This document shows positions 56,239 through 64,000 of a stretch of DNA of 64,000 nt, piece after piece. Source of the DNA: Chloroflexota bacterium (GTDB taxonomy: Bacteria > Chloroflexota > Anaerolineae > Aggregatilineales > Phototrophicaceae); the NCBI GenBank assembly GCA_026707745.1, contig JAPOWG010000098.1, positions 4,241 through 68,240 on the forward strand, read 5' to 3'. Numbering within the stretch: position 1 is the stretch's first letter; each line of letters begins with the position of its first letter. The notes under the pieces were generated by a model, which had not been told where the DNA came from, searched no databases, and saw nothing but the letters and a program-made list of their open reading frames with translations. The position numbers and the translations under genes were made by a program.

Positions 56239-57367
56239 GAATAGGATCTTGCCAGGTGAAATCCTTGCCATTCTGATGCGCATGCCAGGCTTGCTCAACA
56301 AATGCAGTGATTTTCCGGGAAAAGACGCCCGTATCAAATTTGAGCGCATGCCGACGAATCTTCGCCGGGTCGTAAGCGCCGGCGTCAAATCGCGCCATGA
56401 CGGACTTCAGGCTGTGTACGTTCATGCTATCGAAAACTTCGCCGGTGAGGCCGGGCAAGACCGTATCGAGCGCGCCGCCGCCTTTGAAGGCGATGACGGG
56501 GCGCCCGGCGGATTGCGCTTGCACAGTGGTGATTCCAAAATCTTCCAGACCGGGGAACAGAAACGCTCGGCAGCGGGACATCAGCCGGGGCAGATCCTTG
56601 TCGGGCACGTATCCTAGAAACTCGACGTTGTCGCTAGCCAAGGACTTGAGCCGTTCCAGATCGCGCCCGCGACCGGCGATCTTCAAGGGTAGGCCCAATT
56701 CGCTCGCTGCCTGTATCGCGAGATCAATGCGCTTGTAGGGTATCAAGCGAGACACTACCAAAAAGTAATCTTCGATTTCCTTTTCAAGGGCGGGTTGAAA
56801 GCGCGAGGTATCCACCGGCGGGAAGATGATGCTCGATTCGCGGTCATAAAAGGTCTTGATACGCCGCTTTATCGCGCTGCTGATGGCAATGAAATGCGAA
56901 ACGCGTTGCGCAGCTGCATAGTCCCAGCGACGCATCAGCTTGACGAGTGGCCGAATCAGTATCTCTGTTGGCTTGCCCAATCCCTCGCCTGCAAGGTAGT
57001 TGTCGAGTTGCCAGACGTAGCGCGTGGGGGCGAGGCAATAGCAGATATGCACGGTGGAGGCATCGAACTGCAGGCCGTGACAGAAGCCGCTTTTGTTGCT
57101 CAGCACCACATCAAATTCCTTTAAATGCAGCCCGTTCCAGGCTAAAGGATACAAGGGCAAATAAGGTTGATGTCGACGATGAATAATGGGCAGATTATCG
57201 ATCCATAGCGCACGGATATCCCATTGTCGATAGCGTTCCGGCATTTGATCTGGCGCGAAGATACTGGTGAAAATTGGGCTTTGGGGATATTTGTGGACCA
57301 AAACCTCGAGTACGTCTTCCGCGCCGCCGATTTGATTCAACCAGTCGTGAACAAGCGCAATCTTCAA
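56234..57367 (-). CDS. family-4 (GT-B, group 1) glycosyltransferase
   Basis: MKIALVHDWL...GGAE N-terminus. The C-terminal half contains the E..G....EA...G.PVIA-type motif (EDFGITTVQAQSAGRPVIAF). Confidence 0.85.
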   Translation of the reverse strand: MKIALVHDWLNQIGGAEDVLEVLVHKYPQSPIFTSIFAPDQMPERYRQWDIRALWIDNLPIIHRRHQPYLPLYPLAWNGLHLKEFDVVLSNKSGFCHGLQFDASTVHICYCLAPTRYVWQLDNYLAGEGLGKPTEILIRPLVKLMRRWDYAAAQRVSHFIAISSAIKRRIKTFYDRESSIIFPPVDTSRFQPALEKEIEDYFLVVSRLIPYKRIDLAIQAASELGLPLKIAGRGRDLERLKSLASDNVEFLGYVPDKDLPRLMSRCRAFLFPGLEDFGITTVQAQSAGRPVIAFKGGGALDTVLPGLTGEVFDSMNVHSLKSVMARFDAGAYDPAKIRRHALKFDTGVFSRKITAFVEQAWHAHQNGKDFTWQDPIL

Positions 57368-57447
57368 GCCGAACTCCAGTTAATCTGCGCCAGATAATAC
57401 CATAGGTTTGGGACGTGGGTCATCAATAGAAGTTGACTCTATGCAGT

Positions 57448-58113
57448 TCAGGCACTCAACAGATTGCGCACAGGCTTGAAGGTGGCGCGGTGGTATTCGC
57501 AGGGGCCATGACGGTCCAGGGCATTGAGGTGCGCTCTCGTGCCATATCCTTTGTTTTGCGCGAAACCGTATTCCGGATAGCGATCTTCCAGCTCGTTCAT
57601 GTATTTGTCGCGCCAGACCTTGGCGATGATACTGGCGCAAGCGATGCTCAGCGAGAGTTTGTCGCCTTTGACTATGCTGCATACCGGGTAATCTTGTTGT
57701 TCCGGCCAGGGCAAATAGTCGAGAAACAAACAGTCCGGCGTGACGGGACGCCGTTCAAGCGCATTACAAAGCGCGCGCCGCATGGCGAGCTTGGTGGCGC
57801 TTATGATGCCGGAGACGTCAATCTCTTGCGCGCTGCTATGACCGATACCCCAGGTAATGGCGATTTCCTTGATAATGGCGTCCGCCACCAGGCGCTGCAT
57901 GGCATTCATCTCTTTGCTGTCGCGGGCTCCTTTCAGGACTTTGGAGAGGTCGTCTCGATGCAGGGGCAGGGCCACGGCCCCTGCCGCTACTGGACCGGCC
58001 AGTGGACCTCGGCCAGCTTCGTCCATGCCCATGATGACTCGGCATCCAGCCGCAAAATACTCGTTCTCGAATCGCAGGCTGGCAGTCTTGGGCGTCCTAG
58101 TCTCTCTTTTCAT
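57448..58113 (-). CDS. rnhB: ribonuclease HII
   Basis: GMDEAGRGPLAGPV, ...DSK..., and ASIIAKVWRD...YGFAQNKGYGT..H. The ATG at 58113 (MKRETR) is preferred; the track ORF runs to 58290 across the upstream gene. Confidence 0.9.
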   Translation of the reverse strand: MKRETRTPKTASLRFENEYFAAGCRVIMGMDEAGRGPLAGPVAAGAVALPLHRDDLSKVLKGARDSKEMNAMQRLVADAIIKEIAITWGIGHSSAQEIDVSGIISATKLAMRRALCNALERRPVTPDCLFLDYLPWPEQQDYPVCSIVKGDKLSLSIACASIIAKVWRDKYMNELEDRYPEYGFAQNKGYGTRAHLNALDRHGPCEYHRATFKPVRNLLSA

Positions 58114-58843
58114 AGTCTCCACGACGCCAGTTCTGCCGTATTTCCCAGATTTCGCGCAGCATGTTGATTGAGTCATCCCATAGCCGCATGGTCGAATAGG
58201 GATCGTAGTACCAGGTGATCGGCACCTCTTTGATCTTGTATCCGCGGCGTTTGGCAATATAGAGCAGCTCGACGTCAAAGCCGATGCCATTCATTTTCTG
58301 AACGCCGAAAAGATCAATGGCCGCGGAACGGCTAAACATCTTGAATCCGCATTGCGTATCCTCAAAATCGTCAAGCGCGGCCAGCTTGATAATCCAGTTG
58401 TTTATTCTGCCGATCATGTGTCGATATTCAGGTTCATCCACGCGCTGCGCGCCCGGCGCCTCCCGGCTGGCGATTATCAAGTCGAATCCGTCGCTTGCCG
58501 GTGGCAGGAAGCCGGCGATATCCTCGATGCGCATAGACAGATCAGCGTCGCAAATAAAGCGCCATTCGCCGTTTGCCGCTAGCATCCCCTGTTTGACGGC
58601 CAGGCCTTTGCCTCGCATATTATCAGGCGACTGTATAACACAGATATGGCTGGAGGCGTCCGCAAATTCCTTGGCTACTTCAAAAGTACGGTCTTTACTC
58701 CCATTTTCAACGATGATGACCTCGAAGGCGTAGTCCTGCTGCCGCAAGTACGCATTGATCTGTGCCAGACTGGCGGGCAAGCGAGTCTCTTCGTTATGCG
58801 CCGGTATCACTATGCTTAGGAACGGCGAAGCTTGCTGGCTCAA
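58097..58843 (-). CDS. family-2 glycosyltransferase (polyprenyl/dolichyl-phosphate hexosyltransferase-like)
   Basis: LSIVIPAHNEE, EVIIVENGSKDRT, and DADLS motifs. TTG start per the track. Its 3' end overlaps the rnhB start by 17 nt. Confidence 0.82.
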   Translation of the reverse strand: MSQQASPFLSIVIPAHNEETRLPASLAQINAYLRQQDYAFEVIIVENGSKDRTFEVAKEFADASSHICVIQSPDNMRGKGLAVKQGMLAANGEWRFICDADLSMRIEDIAGFLPPASDGFDLIIASREAPGAQRVDEPEYRHMIGRINNWIIKLAALDDFEDTQCGFKMFSRSAAIDLFGVQKMNGIGFDVELLYIAKRRGYKIKEVPITWYYDPYSTMRLWDDSINMLREIWEIRQNWRRGDYEKRD

Positions 58844-58930
58844 AAAAACAGACTCCTGAATGCAGCTATGATGGTGTCCAAAAAGGCTCTGACTTATGAT
58901 ACGTCTATTTCAAGAAATGTACATGGAACA

Positions 58931-59018
58931 GCCGCTCGGCGGCGGCGAATTTGGGCTATCGCGCTCACACAAAATAATAGACTTGCTCGGCTATCGCAAA
59001 TCGTGGTTTATCAAATAA
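58931..59018 (+). repeat. intergenic repeat family 1, subtype A copy
   Basis: GCCGCTCGGCGGCGGCGAATTTGGGCTATCGCGCTCACACAAAATAATAGACTTGCTCGGCTATCGCAAATCGTGGTTTATCAAATAAG. Confidence 0.85.
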
Positions 59019-59053
59019 GAGTGCCAGGACGCACGCGCCAGGCTCTCGACCCT

Positions 59054-60007
59054 TCACTTTGGCGGGCTCAGAATGCTGTCAATGTATGTGTCGGGTACCA
59101 CCTTGCTCCTCTGAATCTGTCTTCGTTTGCGCATGGCGCTGCCGACTGTAAGCAAACCGCGAACCGTGCCGCGAAGCCTTGCCCGTGCTTCGGCGCCGCG
59201 CCAGGCTCGCAAGGCTTGCCAGGCCAGGGAGGCTTGCCGCTTGAGGATTCGGGGGGCATACTTGCGAATCAAAGCGCCGGGCATGTTTTTGACCAGGACC
59301 CAAATGCTGTTGCGCCCGTCGTAGTAGCTTGCGGTTACGCCGCCGCCACTGGCGGAGAGGTGATGATAGACTACGGCGGAAGGTACATACAGCGCTTTGT
59401 AGCCGGACAGTTGCGCGCGCCAGGCTAAATCTATGTCTTCCAGCAAGAAAAAGAAATCGTCGTCTAGCAGGCCAATATCGTCAAGCATTGACTTTCGATA
59501 GGCCGCGGCGCCGCCGCAGGCGCCGAAGACATATTCGGCGCGATCATACTGACCGGCGTCCCTTTCCCATGCGCCGCGGTTGCCAGCGCTTCCATCAGTT
59601 CCGAAGGTGTCGCCCGCGGTGTGAAAATGATCGCGTTTGTCAAAAAGCAGCATTTTGCTGGCTACCATTCCTATTTCCTGATCGCTGCAAAATCCCTCGA
59701 CAATTTCCTCTACCCAGTTGACATCCACTTCCGTGTCATTGTTGAGCAAAGCGATGATATTACCGCTGGCAGCTTGCATGCCGATATTGCAAGCGCCGGT
59801 GAATCCACGATTCTCTGGCAAAGTGATCAACTGGACCTGTGGAAAGCTTTCGCGTATGAGGGCCTGCGAGCCATCATCGGATGCGTTGTCCACCACAATA
59901 ATCTCAATGTCACTATACGTTTGCTGTTGCAGGGAATTGAGGCAGGCGGCAAGGAAGCGGCGTCCATTCCAATTGGGAATCACCACTGAAAGCCTGCCTT
60001 GACTCAT
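59054..60007 (-). CDS. family-2 glycosyltransferase (rhamnosyltransferase-like)
   Basis: LSVVIPNWNG, IIVVDNASDDGS, NRGFTGACN, NNDTEV, and EDIDLAWR motifs. Confidence 0.85.
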   Translation of the reverse strand: MSQGRLSVVIPNWNGRRFLAACLNSLQQQTYSDIEIIVVDNASDDGSQALIRESFPQVQLITLPENRGFTGACNIGMQAASGNIIALLNNDTEVDVNWVEEIVEGFCSDQEIGMVASKMLLFDKRDHFHTAGDTFGTDGSAGNRGAWERDAGQYDRAEYVFGACGGAAAYRKSMLDDIGLLDDDFFFLLEDIDLAWRAQLSGYKALYVPSAVVYHHLSASGGGVTASYYDGRNSIWVLVKNMPGALIRKYAPRILKRQASLAWQALRAWRGAEARARLRGTVRGLLTVGSAMRKRRQIQRSKVVPDTYIDSILSPPK

Positions 60008-60879
60008 AAACAGAAGCCCTCGGCCTTTAGAAAGGCGTCAACGCCTTCCTGCCATGGCCGCAGGTTTATCGCCAGGCTACTCGCTTCTATGTTCTCCAAT
60101 GCTGTGTACTCAGGCGGCAGCGACGGGCGCTGCCACTGCTGCCGGGTGATGCGCTCAATGGGACTGTCGCAGAAACCCGCGCTATCCAAAATATAGCGAG
60201 CGAACTGCCAGCGCGAAACGGCTCCTTGATTTACCAGATGATACGTGCCGAATCGCTCGGTCTCGATCAAGCGGGCAATCGCCTCGGCCAGGTCGTTAGT
60301 ATAGGTCGGGTTGGCAATTTCATTGGTGACGACCCGCAGCGGCTCGCCCGCCTTTGCGGCAGCCAGGATGGCTTGAATGAAATTGCCTCCGCCATGCGCG
60401 AACAACCAGGCAGTGCGCACAATGTAGTGGCGCGGGTTGATTTGCAGCAAGGCGCGCTCTCCGTACCATTTGCTATAGCCGTATGCGTTCTGTGGATTCG
60501 GTGAATCGTACTCGCGATAGGGATGCTTGCGCATGCCGTCGAAGACTTCGTTTGTGCTCACGTACAGCATGGGGATGTCAGCAATTGCGCAGCAAGCGGC
60601 CAGATTGTGAGTGCCCACACCGTTAATGCGGAGCGCCCGCGCGGGATCAAGCGCGCAGCCATTAACATCGGTCCAGGCCGCAGTATGCAATACGATGGTC
60701 GGGGCTAAAGCGTTGACAAGGCTGCAACAGGCGTCATAGTCCTCGATATCCAGGAAATGCTCGACATCGCCAATGACATCTGCGCCGACGGCCTCGTGTT
60801 TCCCGTGCAATTGCTTGATTAACCGCGACCCAAGTTTACCCGCCGCGCCGCTGATTAAAATTCTCATCTGATTCGGCAC
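60004..60879 (-). CDS. rmlD: dTDP-4-dehydrorhamnose reductase
   Basis: ILISGAAGKLG Rossmann motif, STNEVFDG, and YGYSKWYGE (YxxxK), with typical length. It overlaps the downstream GT2 by 4 nt. Confidence 0.88.
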   Translation of the reverse strand: MPNQMRILISGAAGKLGSRLIKQLHGKHEAVGADVIGDVEHFLDIEDYDACCSLVNALAPTIVLHTAAWTDVNGCALDPARALRINGVGTHNLAACCAIADIPMLYVSTNEVFDGMRKHPYREYDSPNPQNAYGYSKWYGERALLQINPRHYIVRTAWLFAHGGGNFIQAILAAAKAGEPLRVVTNEIANPTYTNDLAEAIARLIETERFGTYHLVNQGAVSRWQFARYILDSAGFCDSPIERITRQQWQRPSLPPEYTALENIEASSLAINLRPWQEGVDAFLKAEGFCL

Positions 60880-60906
60880 TATCCATGCTCAGGATTCATT
60901 CTAACC

Positions 60907-61686
60907 TCAGCGGAAACTTGCGACTAGCCGATTATCGCTCAGGTCAAATCCTGCGAAACTGAAGACCCCGCCGCTGGACTCCACCTGCAACTGTTTTACG
61001 ATTTGCGCGATCGAAGCCTCAATATGTCGGATGCGGTTGCCAAGCGCATTGGCGGGCAGCTCATATCGCAGGCCTCCGAGCGAAACACTGTCGATCTCCA
61101 GAACGTCGCCTTTATCTACCGCCACATGAATTTCGATTGCTTGCCAGACGTTGATCAAATCAAGAAAGGCCTCGCCCGAGATCGTGATGAGTCCGTCGGC
61201 GGCGCTGATTTTCGCTCGTCTTATTGGGCTTCCATGGTCCTCACAGAACCCGGTAAATTGCAGGCAGAGCTTTAGCATGTCCGTATCTCGGAACACGATT
61301 TGAAGAACGCGGGCTCCCAAGGCATCATCCCCGACAGTGACCTCAAGATCTGTGCCCGGGAGCAGATCAAACCGACCGAAATCCCTCGTGATGAATGTGA
61401 CAGGCGAACCTTTGGCCGCGTTAGCCAAAGTAGCGATCGCCTGCTCGGTGACTGGCGCATCTGTTTGGCGAATAGGTTCAAAACCAGTGACTCGCAACAG
61501 GATAGTTGGTAATGCCGGGCTTAGCAGGACGATGGCGACCAAGACGAGACTGACTAGTCCCGCCGCAATCAAGACTATTCCGCAGGTTCGGGAACCGTAT
61601 CTCTTGTTGGAACGTTTTTGGATTTGCAATGATGTACCCGCGCGATAGACGCTAGGGAAGCTTAGCAGCGGCGAGGCGCTCGGCAT
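60907..61686 (-). CDS. hypothetical membrane-anchored protein
   Basis: One TM (CGIVLIAAGLVSLVLVAIVLL) and a soluble C-terminal domain of unknown family. The annotated start overlaps the rmlB 3' end by 35 nt, so the true start may be internal. Confidence 0.5.
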   Translation of the reverse strand: MPSASPLLSFPSVYRAGTSLQIQKRSNKRYGSRTCGIVLIAAGLVSLVLVAIVLLSPALPTILLRVTGFEPIRQTDAPVTEQAIATLANAAKGSPVTFITRDFGRFDLLPGTDLEVTVGDDALGARVLQIVFRDTDMLKLCLQFTGFCEDHGSPIRRAKISAADGLITISGEAFLDLINVWQAIEIHVAVDKGDVLEIDSVSLGGLRYELPANALGNRIRHIEASIAQIVKQLQVESSGGVFSFAGFDLSDNRLVASFR

Positions 61687-62680
61687 ATTGCCGCTTGTAA
61701 TAGTCGAGATAGGCGCCAGTTTTGATCTTTCGCCACCACCATTCGTTTTCCAGGTACCAGCGCACCGTCGCTTCTATACCGGTCTCAAAGTCGTACTGCC
61801 GGGTCCAGCCTAATTGGCGGGCCTTACCCGCGCTCATCGCATAGCGACGATCGTGTCCTTCACGGTCCGGCACGTGTTTGATCAGTGACTGCGGTTTACC
61901 CAGCAACTCCAGAATGCGCTTGGTGACATCAATGTTGAATCGCTGGTTCTCACCTGCGAGATTATAGACCTCGCCCGATTTGCCATGATGTAGAAGGTAG
62001 TCGACGCCAAAAGCGTGGTCGTCGACGTAGAGCCAGTCACGTATCTGCTTCCCATCGCCATAGAGGGGCAAAGGCTTGTCGTCAATCGCTTCTGTCGTGA
62101 AAAACGGGATCAGTTTTTCGGGGTACTGATAGGGACCATAGGTATTGCTGCCGCGCGTGACAACAGTGTCCATTCCGTAAGTCACATTATAGGCGCGGAC
62201 CATCAGTTCGCCCCCGGCTTTGCTGGCCGCATAGGGGCTATTGGGCAGAAATCGATCGTCTTCCGAGGACTGACCCAGATCAATATCACCGTATACTTCA
62301 TCTGTTGAGACATGACAGAAGCGACCGATCCCGTGTTTGCGCCCCTCGTCCAGGAGAATATAAGCGCCGACCACATCAGTGTGAACAAAGGCGTCGGGGT
62401 CCAGAATACTGCGATCTACGTGGCTCTCGGCGGCGAAGTTTACGATCGTATCGATGTTGTAGGCGTTCAGTACTGACTTAATCCTTTCTCGATCGGCAAT
62501 GTCACCACGTTCGAAGTGGTAGTTTTCTTCGTCGCTGACGGAAAGCAGATTGTCTAAATTGCCGGCATAGGTCAGTTTGTCGTAGCAAATGACACGATAG
62601 TCAGGATAGGCTTCGACCATGTGGCGGACGAAGGCGCTGCCGATGAACCCGGCGCCACCTGTGACCAGGATATTCTTCAT
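61652..62680 (-). CDS. rmlB: dTDP-glucose 4,6-dehydratase
   Basis: ILVTGGAGFIGS, VSTDEVYG, and YAASKAGGE (YxxxK), with typical length and C-terminus. Confidence 0.95.
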   Translation of the reverse strand: MKNILVTGGAGFIGSAFVRHMVEAYPDYRVICYDKLTYAGNLDNLLSVSDEENYHFERGDIADRERIKSVLNAYNIDTIVNFAAESHVDRSILDPDAFVHTDVVGAYILLDEGRKHGIGRFCHVSTDEVYGDIDLGQSSEDDRFLPNSPYAASKAGGELMVRAYNVTYGMDTVVTRGSNTYGPYQYPEKLIPFFTTEAIDDKPLPLYGDGKQIRDWLYVDDHAFGVDYLLHHGKSGEVYNLAGENQRFNIDVTKRILELLGKPQSLIKHVPDREGHDRRYAMSAGKARQLGWTRQYDFETGIEATVRWYLENEWWWRKIKTGAYLDYYKRQYAERLAAAKLP

Positions 62681-63501
62681 TTTTGAGCCGCCTTTTCTCC
62701 AAGCACGAATTCTTCCAAGGCAACCGCAACGCCGTCTTCATCATTGCTCGGAACGATGACATCCGCTACATCCTTTAGCATCTGGGTCGCGTTGCCCATG
62801 GCAACGCCGATGCCGACGGCTTGCAGCATCTCGGTGTCGTTTTCTCCATCGCCGACAGCCAAGGCCCTGGAGGGGTCAATGCCGAGTTCTTCCAGCAATG
62901 TTCTGACTGCCTGTCCCTTGGATGTATTCGGGGGCAGCACTTCAATCATGCCATCTACATTGGCGCGCGTCACATGTACGGCGCCATCGAGCCGCGCGTC
63001 AATCGCCCGTCGGAGCGTCGTGACCCCGTTTTCCTCGCCGTAGAGAACAACCTTGTTGATATCAAAGGTATCCAGGAGTTCGGGCCAATCGGCAATTGTT
63101 TCCACATGCGGCTCGCCATATTCGGTCAATTTGGCCGCGAAGTCATCGACGCGAAGGGCGAAACAGCGGTTGCCACTATAAGCCAGCGCGCCGAATCCGA
63201 ATTCTTCTCCCAGCGAAATGACACGCGAGACTGATTCCTTGGCCATGACGATCCGTGTACGAACGCTTCCATCAGCATTGTAGGTAATGAGTCCCTGCAT
63301 ATAGATGCCCGGCGAGTTTATACCAAGCGAGTCGATCAAGTCTTCGGCCGACTGACGCGTCTTGCCAGTTGCCAATACCACTTCCACTCCCTGTCGCTGT
63401 GCGGATTCAATGGCGGATCGATTGCGAACGCTCAGCGCATGTCGGCTGTTTAGCAGGGTGCCGTCCAGGTCGAGTGCGACAAGCTTTATCTCGTTGTTCA
63501 T
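62677..63501 (-). CDS. Cof-type HAD-IIB family hydrolase (sugar phosphatase-like)
   Basis: The ATG at 63501 (MNNEIKLVALDLDGTLL) is preceded by GAGGA. The C-terminus reads GDGENDTEM...GVAMGNA. The track ORF extends to 63609 over a repeat element. Confidence 0.85.
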   Translation of the reverse strand: MNNEIKLVALDLDGTLLNSRHALSVRNRSAIESAQRQGVEVVLATGKTRQSAEDLIDSLGINSPGIYMQGLITYNADGSVRTRIVMAKESVSRVISLGEEFGFGALAYSGNRCFALRVDDFAAKLTEYGEPHVETIADWPELLDTFDINKVVLYGEENGVTTLRRAIDARLDGAVHVTRANVDGMIEVLPPNTSKGQAVRTLLEELGIDPSRALAVGDGENDTEMLQAVGIGVAMGNATQMLKDVADVIVPSNDEDGVAVALEEFVLGEKAAQK

Positions 63502-63534
63502 AGAGGATTCCTCTGTCCGTTTCTGAATGTGCCG

Positions 63535-63630
63535 GCCGCTCGGCGCGTAGCCGGCGACAAGGTTTGCCTCGCTCACACAACATAATGAACTTTCTTGTTG
63601 CTTGAGCAACGCGGACTATAAAAAAGAGGG
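63535..63630 (+). repeat. intergenic repeat family 1, divergent subtype B-like copy
   Basis: GCCGCTCGGCGCGTAGCCGGCGACAAGGTTTGCCTCGCTCACACAACATAATGAACTTTCTTGTTGCTTGAGCAACGCGGACTATAAAAAAGAGGG. It ends at the stop codon of the gene at 63631. Confidence 0.8.
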
Positions 63631-64000
63631 CTAGACCCAAAGCGTGCCGTGATCGCCCAGGTTCATTTTGATGCCGCTCGGCTTGCCGTCGCTTCGTTTG
63701 ACGGCGGCATTGCGTCCGATGAGACTGTCGCGCAGCGTTTGATCAATGTCGATGACGCGGCTGTTTTCCAGGATAATGCTACGTTCGATCTGGCAGTTTC
63801 GTATTTCACAGTGGTGGTATATGCTGGTGAAGGGACCGATGAAGCTGTTTTCAATGACCGTGCCTTTGCCCAGGATAGTCGGACCTCGCACGATACTGTT
63901 AACGATTCTAGCTCCGTCTTGTACGGTCACGCGCGAGTCTACGCTCGAGTCACTGTCAATCTCGGCGGACGCGGCAATAGTCGGACAAATCTCTTCCAGG
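63631..64000 (-). CDS. rmlA: C-terminal left-handed beta-helix part of a long-form glucose-1-phosphate thymidylyl/nucleotidyl-transferase (RmlA-like); the 5' end lies outside the window
   Basis: Hexapeptide-repeat sequence ...IVNSIVRGPTILGKGTVIENSFIGPFTSIYHHCEIRNCQIERSIILENSRVI... The frame stays open upstream of the track start (63930) to the window edge (...LEEICPTIAASAEIDSDSSVDSR-VTVQDG). Context with rmlB and rmlD supports the call. Confidence 0.7.
   Translation of the reverse strand, partial: LEEICPTIAASAEIDSDSSVDSRVTVQDGARIVNSIVRGPTILGKGTVIENSFIGPFTSIYHHCEIRNCQIERSIILENSRVIDIDQTLRDSLIGRNAAVKRSDGKPSGIKMNLGDHGTLWV

Noticed and set aside
62677-63609. N-terminally extended ORF-track models (62677..63609, 57448..58290, 19210..20511, 51612..52790, 32411..34351, 4245..5549, 47523..49214)
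   Set aside because: The extensions run across repeats or neighbouring genes and lack family similarity. Internal ATGs with good Shine-Dalgarno sequences give normal-length proteins, so trimmed coordinates are reported instead.
21810-63630. Family-1 repeats as integron attC sites / gene cassettes, or as MITEs of a resident transposon
   Set aside because: There is no integrase or transposase in the window. I see no R''/R' (RYYYAAC / GTTRRRY) terminal cores or terminal inverted repeats with target-site duplications. The flanking genes are ordinary housekeeping or operon genes rather than promoterless cassettes. A MITE-like origin cannot be fully excluded.

Overview
Moderately GC-rich bacterial chromosomal segment. 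It is densely coding, with no rRNA, tRNA, CRISPR, transposase or integrase that I can see. The protein style (PT-rich linkers, long-form RmlA, Opp-type sugar transporters) loosely suggests a Chloroflexota-like organism, at low confidence. Gene content in order: (1) LivHM permeases plus two tandem LivK-like binding proteins. (2) A co-directional block of poorly characterised genes (CgeB-like glycosyltransferase, alpha-toroid repeat protein, HHCxxC protein). This block runs into the most interesting locus, a redox cluster at 8.9-12.4 kb. In it, two genes are each split by a single in-frame TGA exactly at a redox-motif cysteine position: an AhpD/CMD-like C-x-x-[TGA] and a [TGA]-G-S-C-T-S-C 'UGSC'-type protein. 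Each TGA is followed by a SECIS-like hairpin, and the two genes flank a thioredoxin-fold fusion protein. I read these as candidate selenoproteins. (3) Housekeeping genes: fabF, M16 peptidase pair, trmB, MFS transporter, aminotransferase, primary sigma factor. (4) modAB and arsRC. (5) A glycan-utilisation locus: GH29 fucosidase, two paralogous GH2 enzymes, and an Opp/Dpp-type ABC transporter. (6) icd. (7) An amino-sugar modification operon: formyltransferase, ArnC-like GT2, WecD-like GNAT, WecE-like aminotransferase. (8) rnj, comEA, lipA, bactofilin. (9) A cell-envelope polysaccharide region: Wzz-like protein, GT4, two GT2s, rmlD, rmlB, long-form rmlA. Two families of intergenic repeats are scattered through the window. 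One is a ~90-100 nt element present in at least 9 copies, 8 of them in the same orientation. The other is a ~160-210 nt element that includes short tandem 9-mer and 13-mer arrays. All coordinates for hairpins and repeats were counted by hand and may be off by 1-2 nt.
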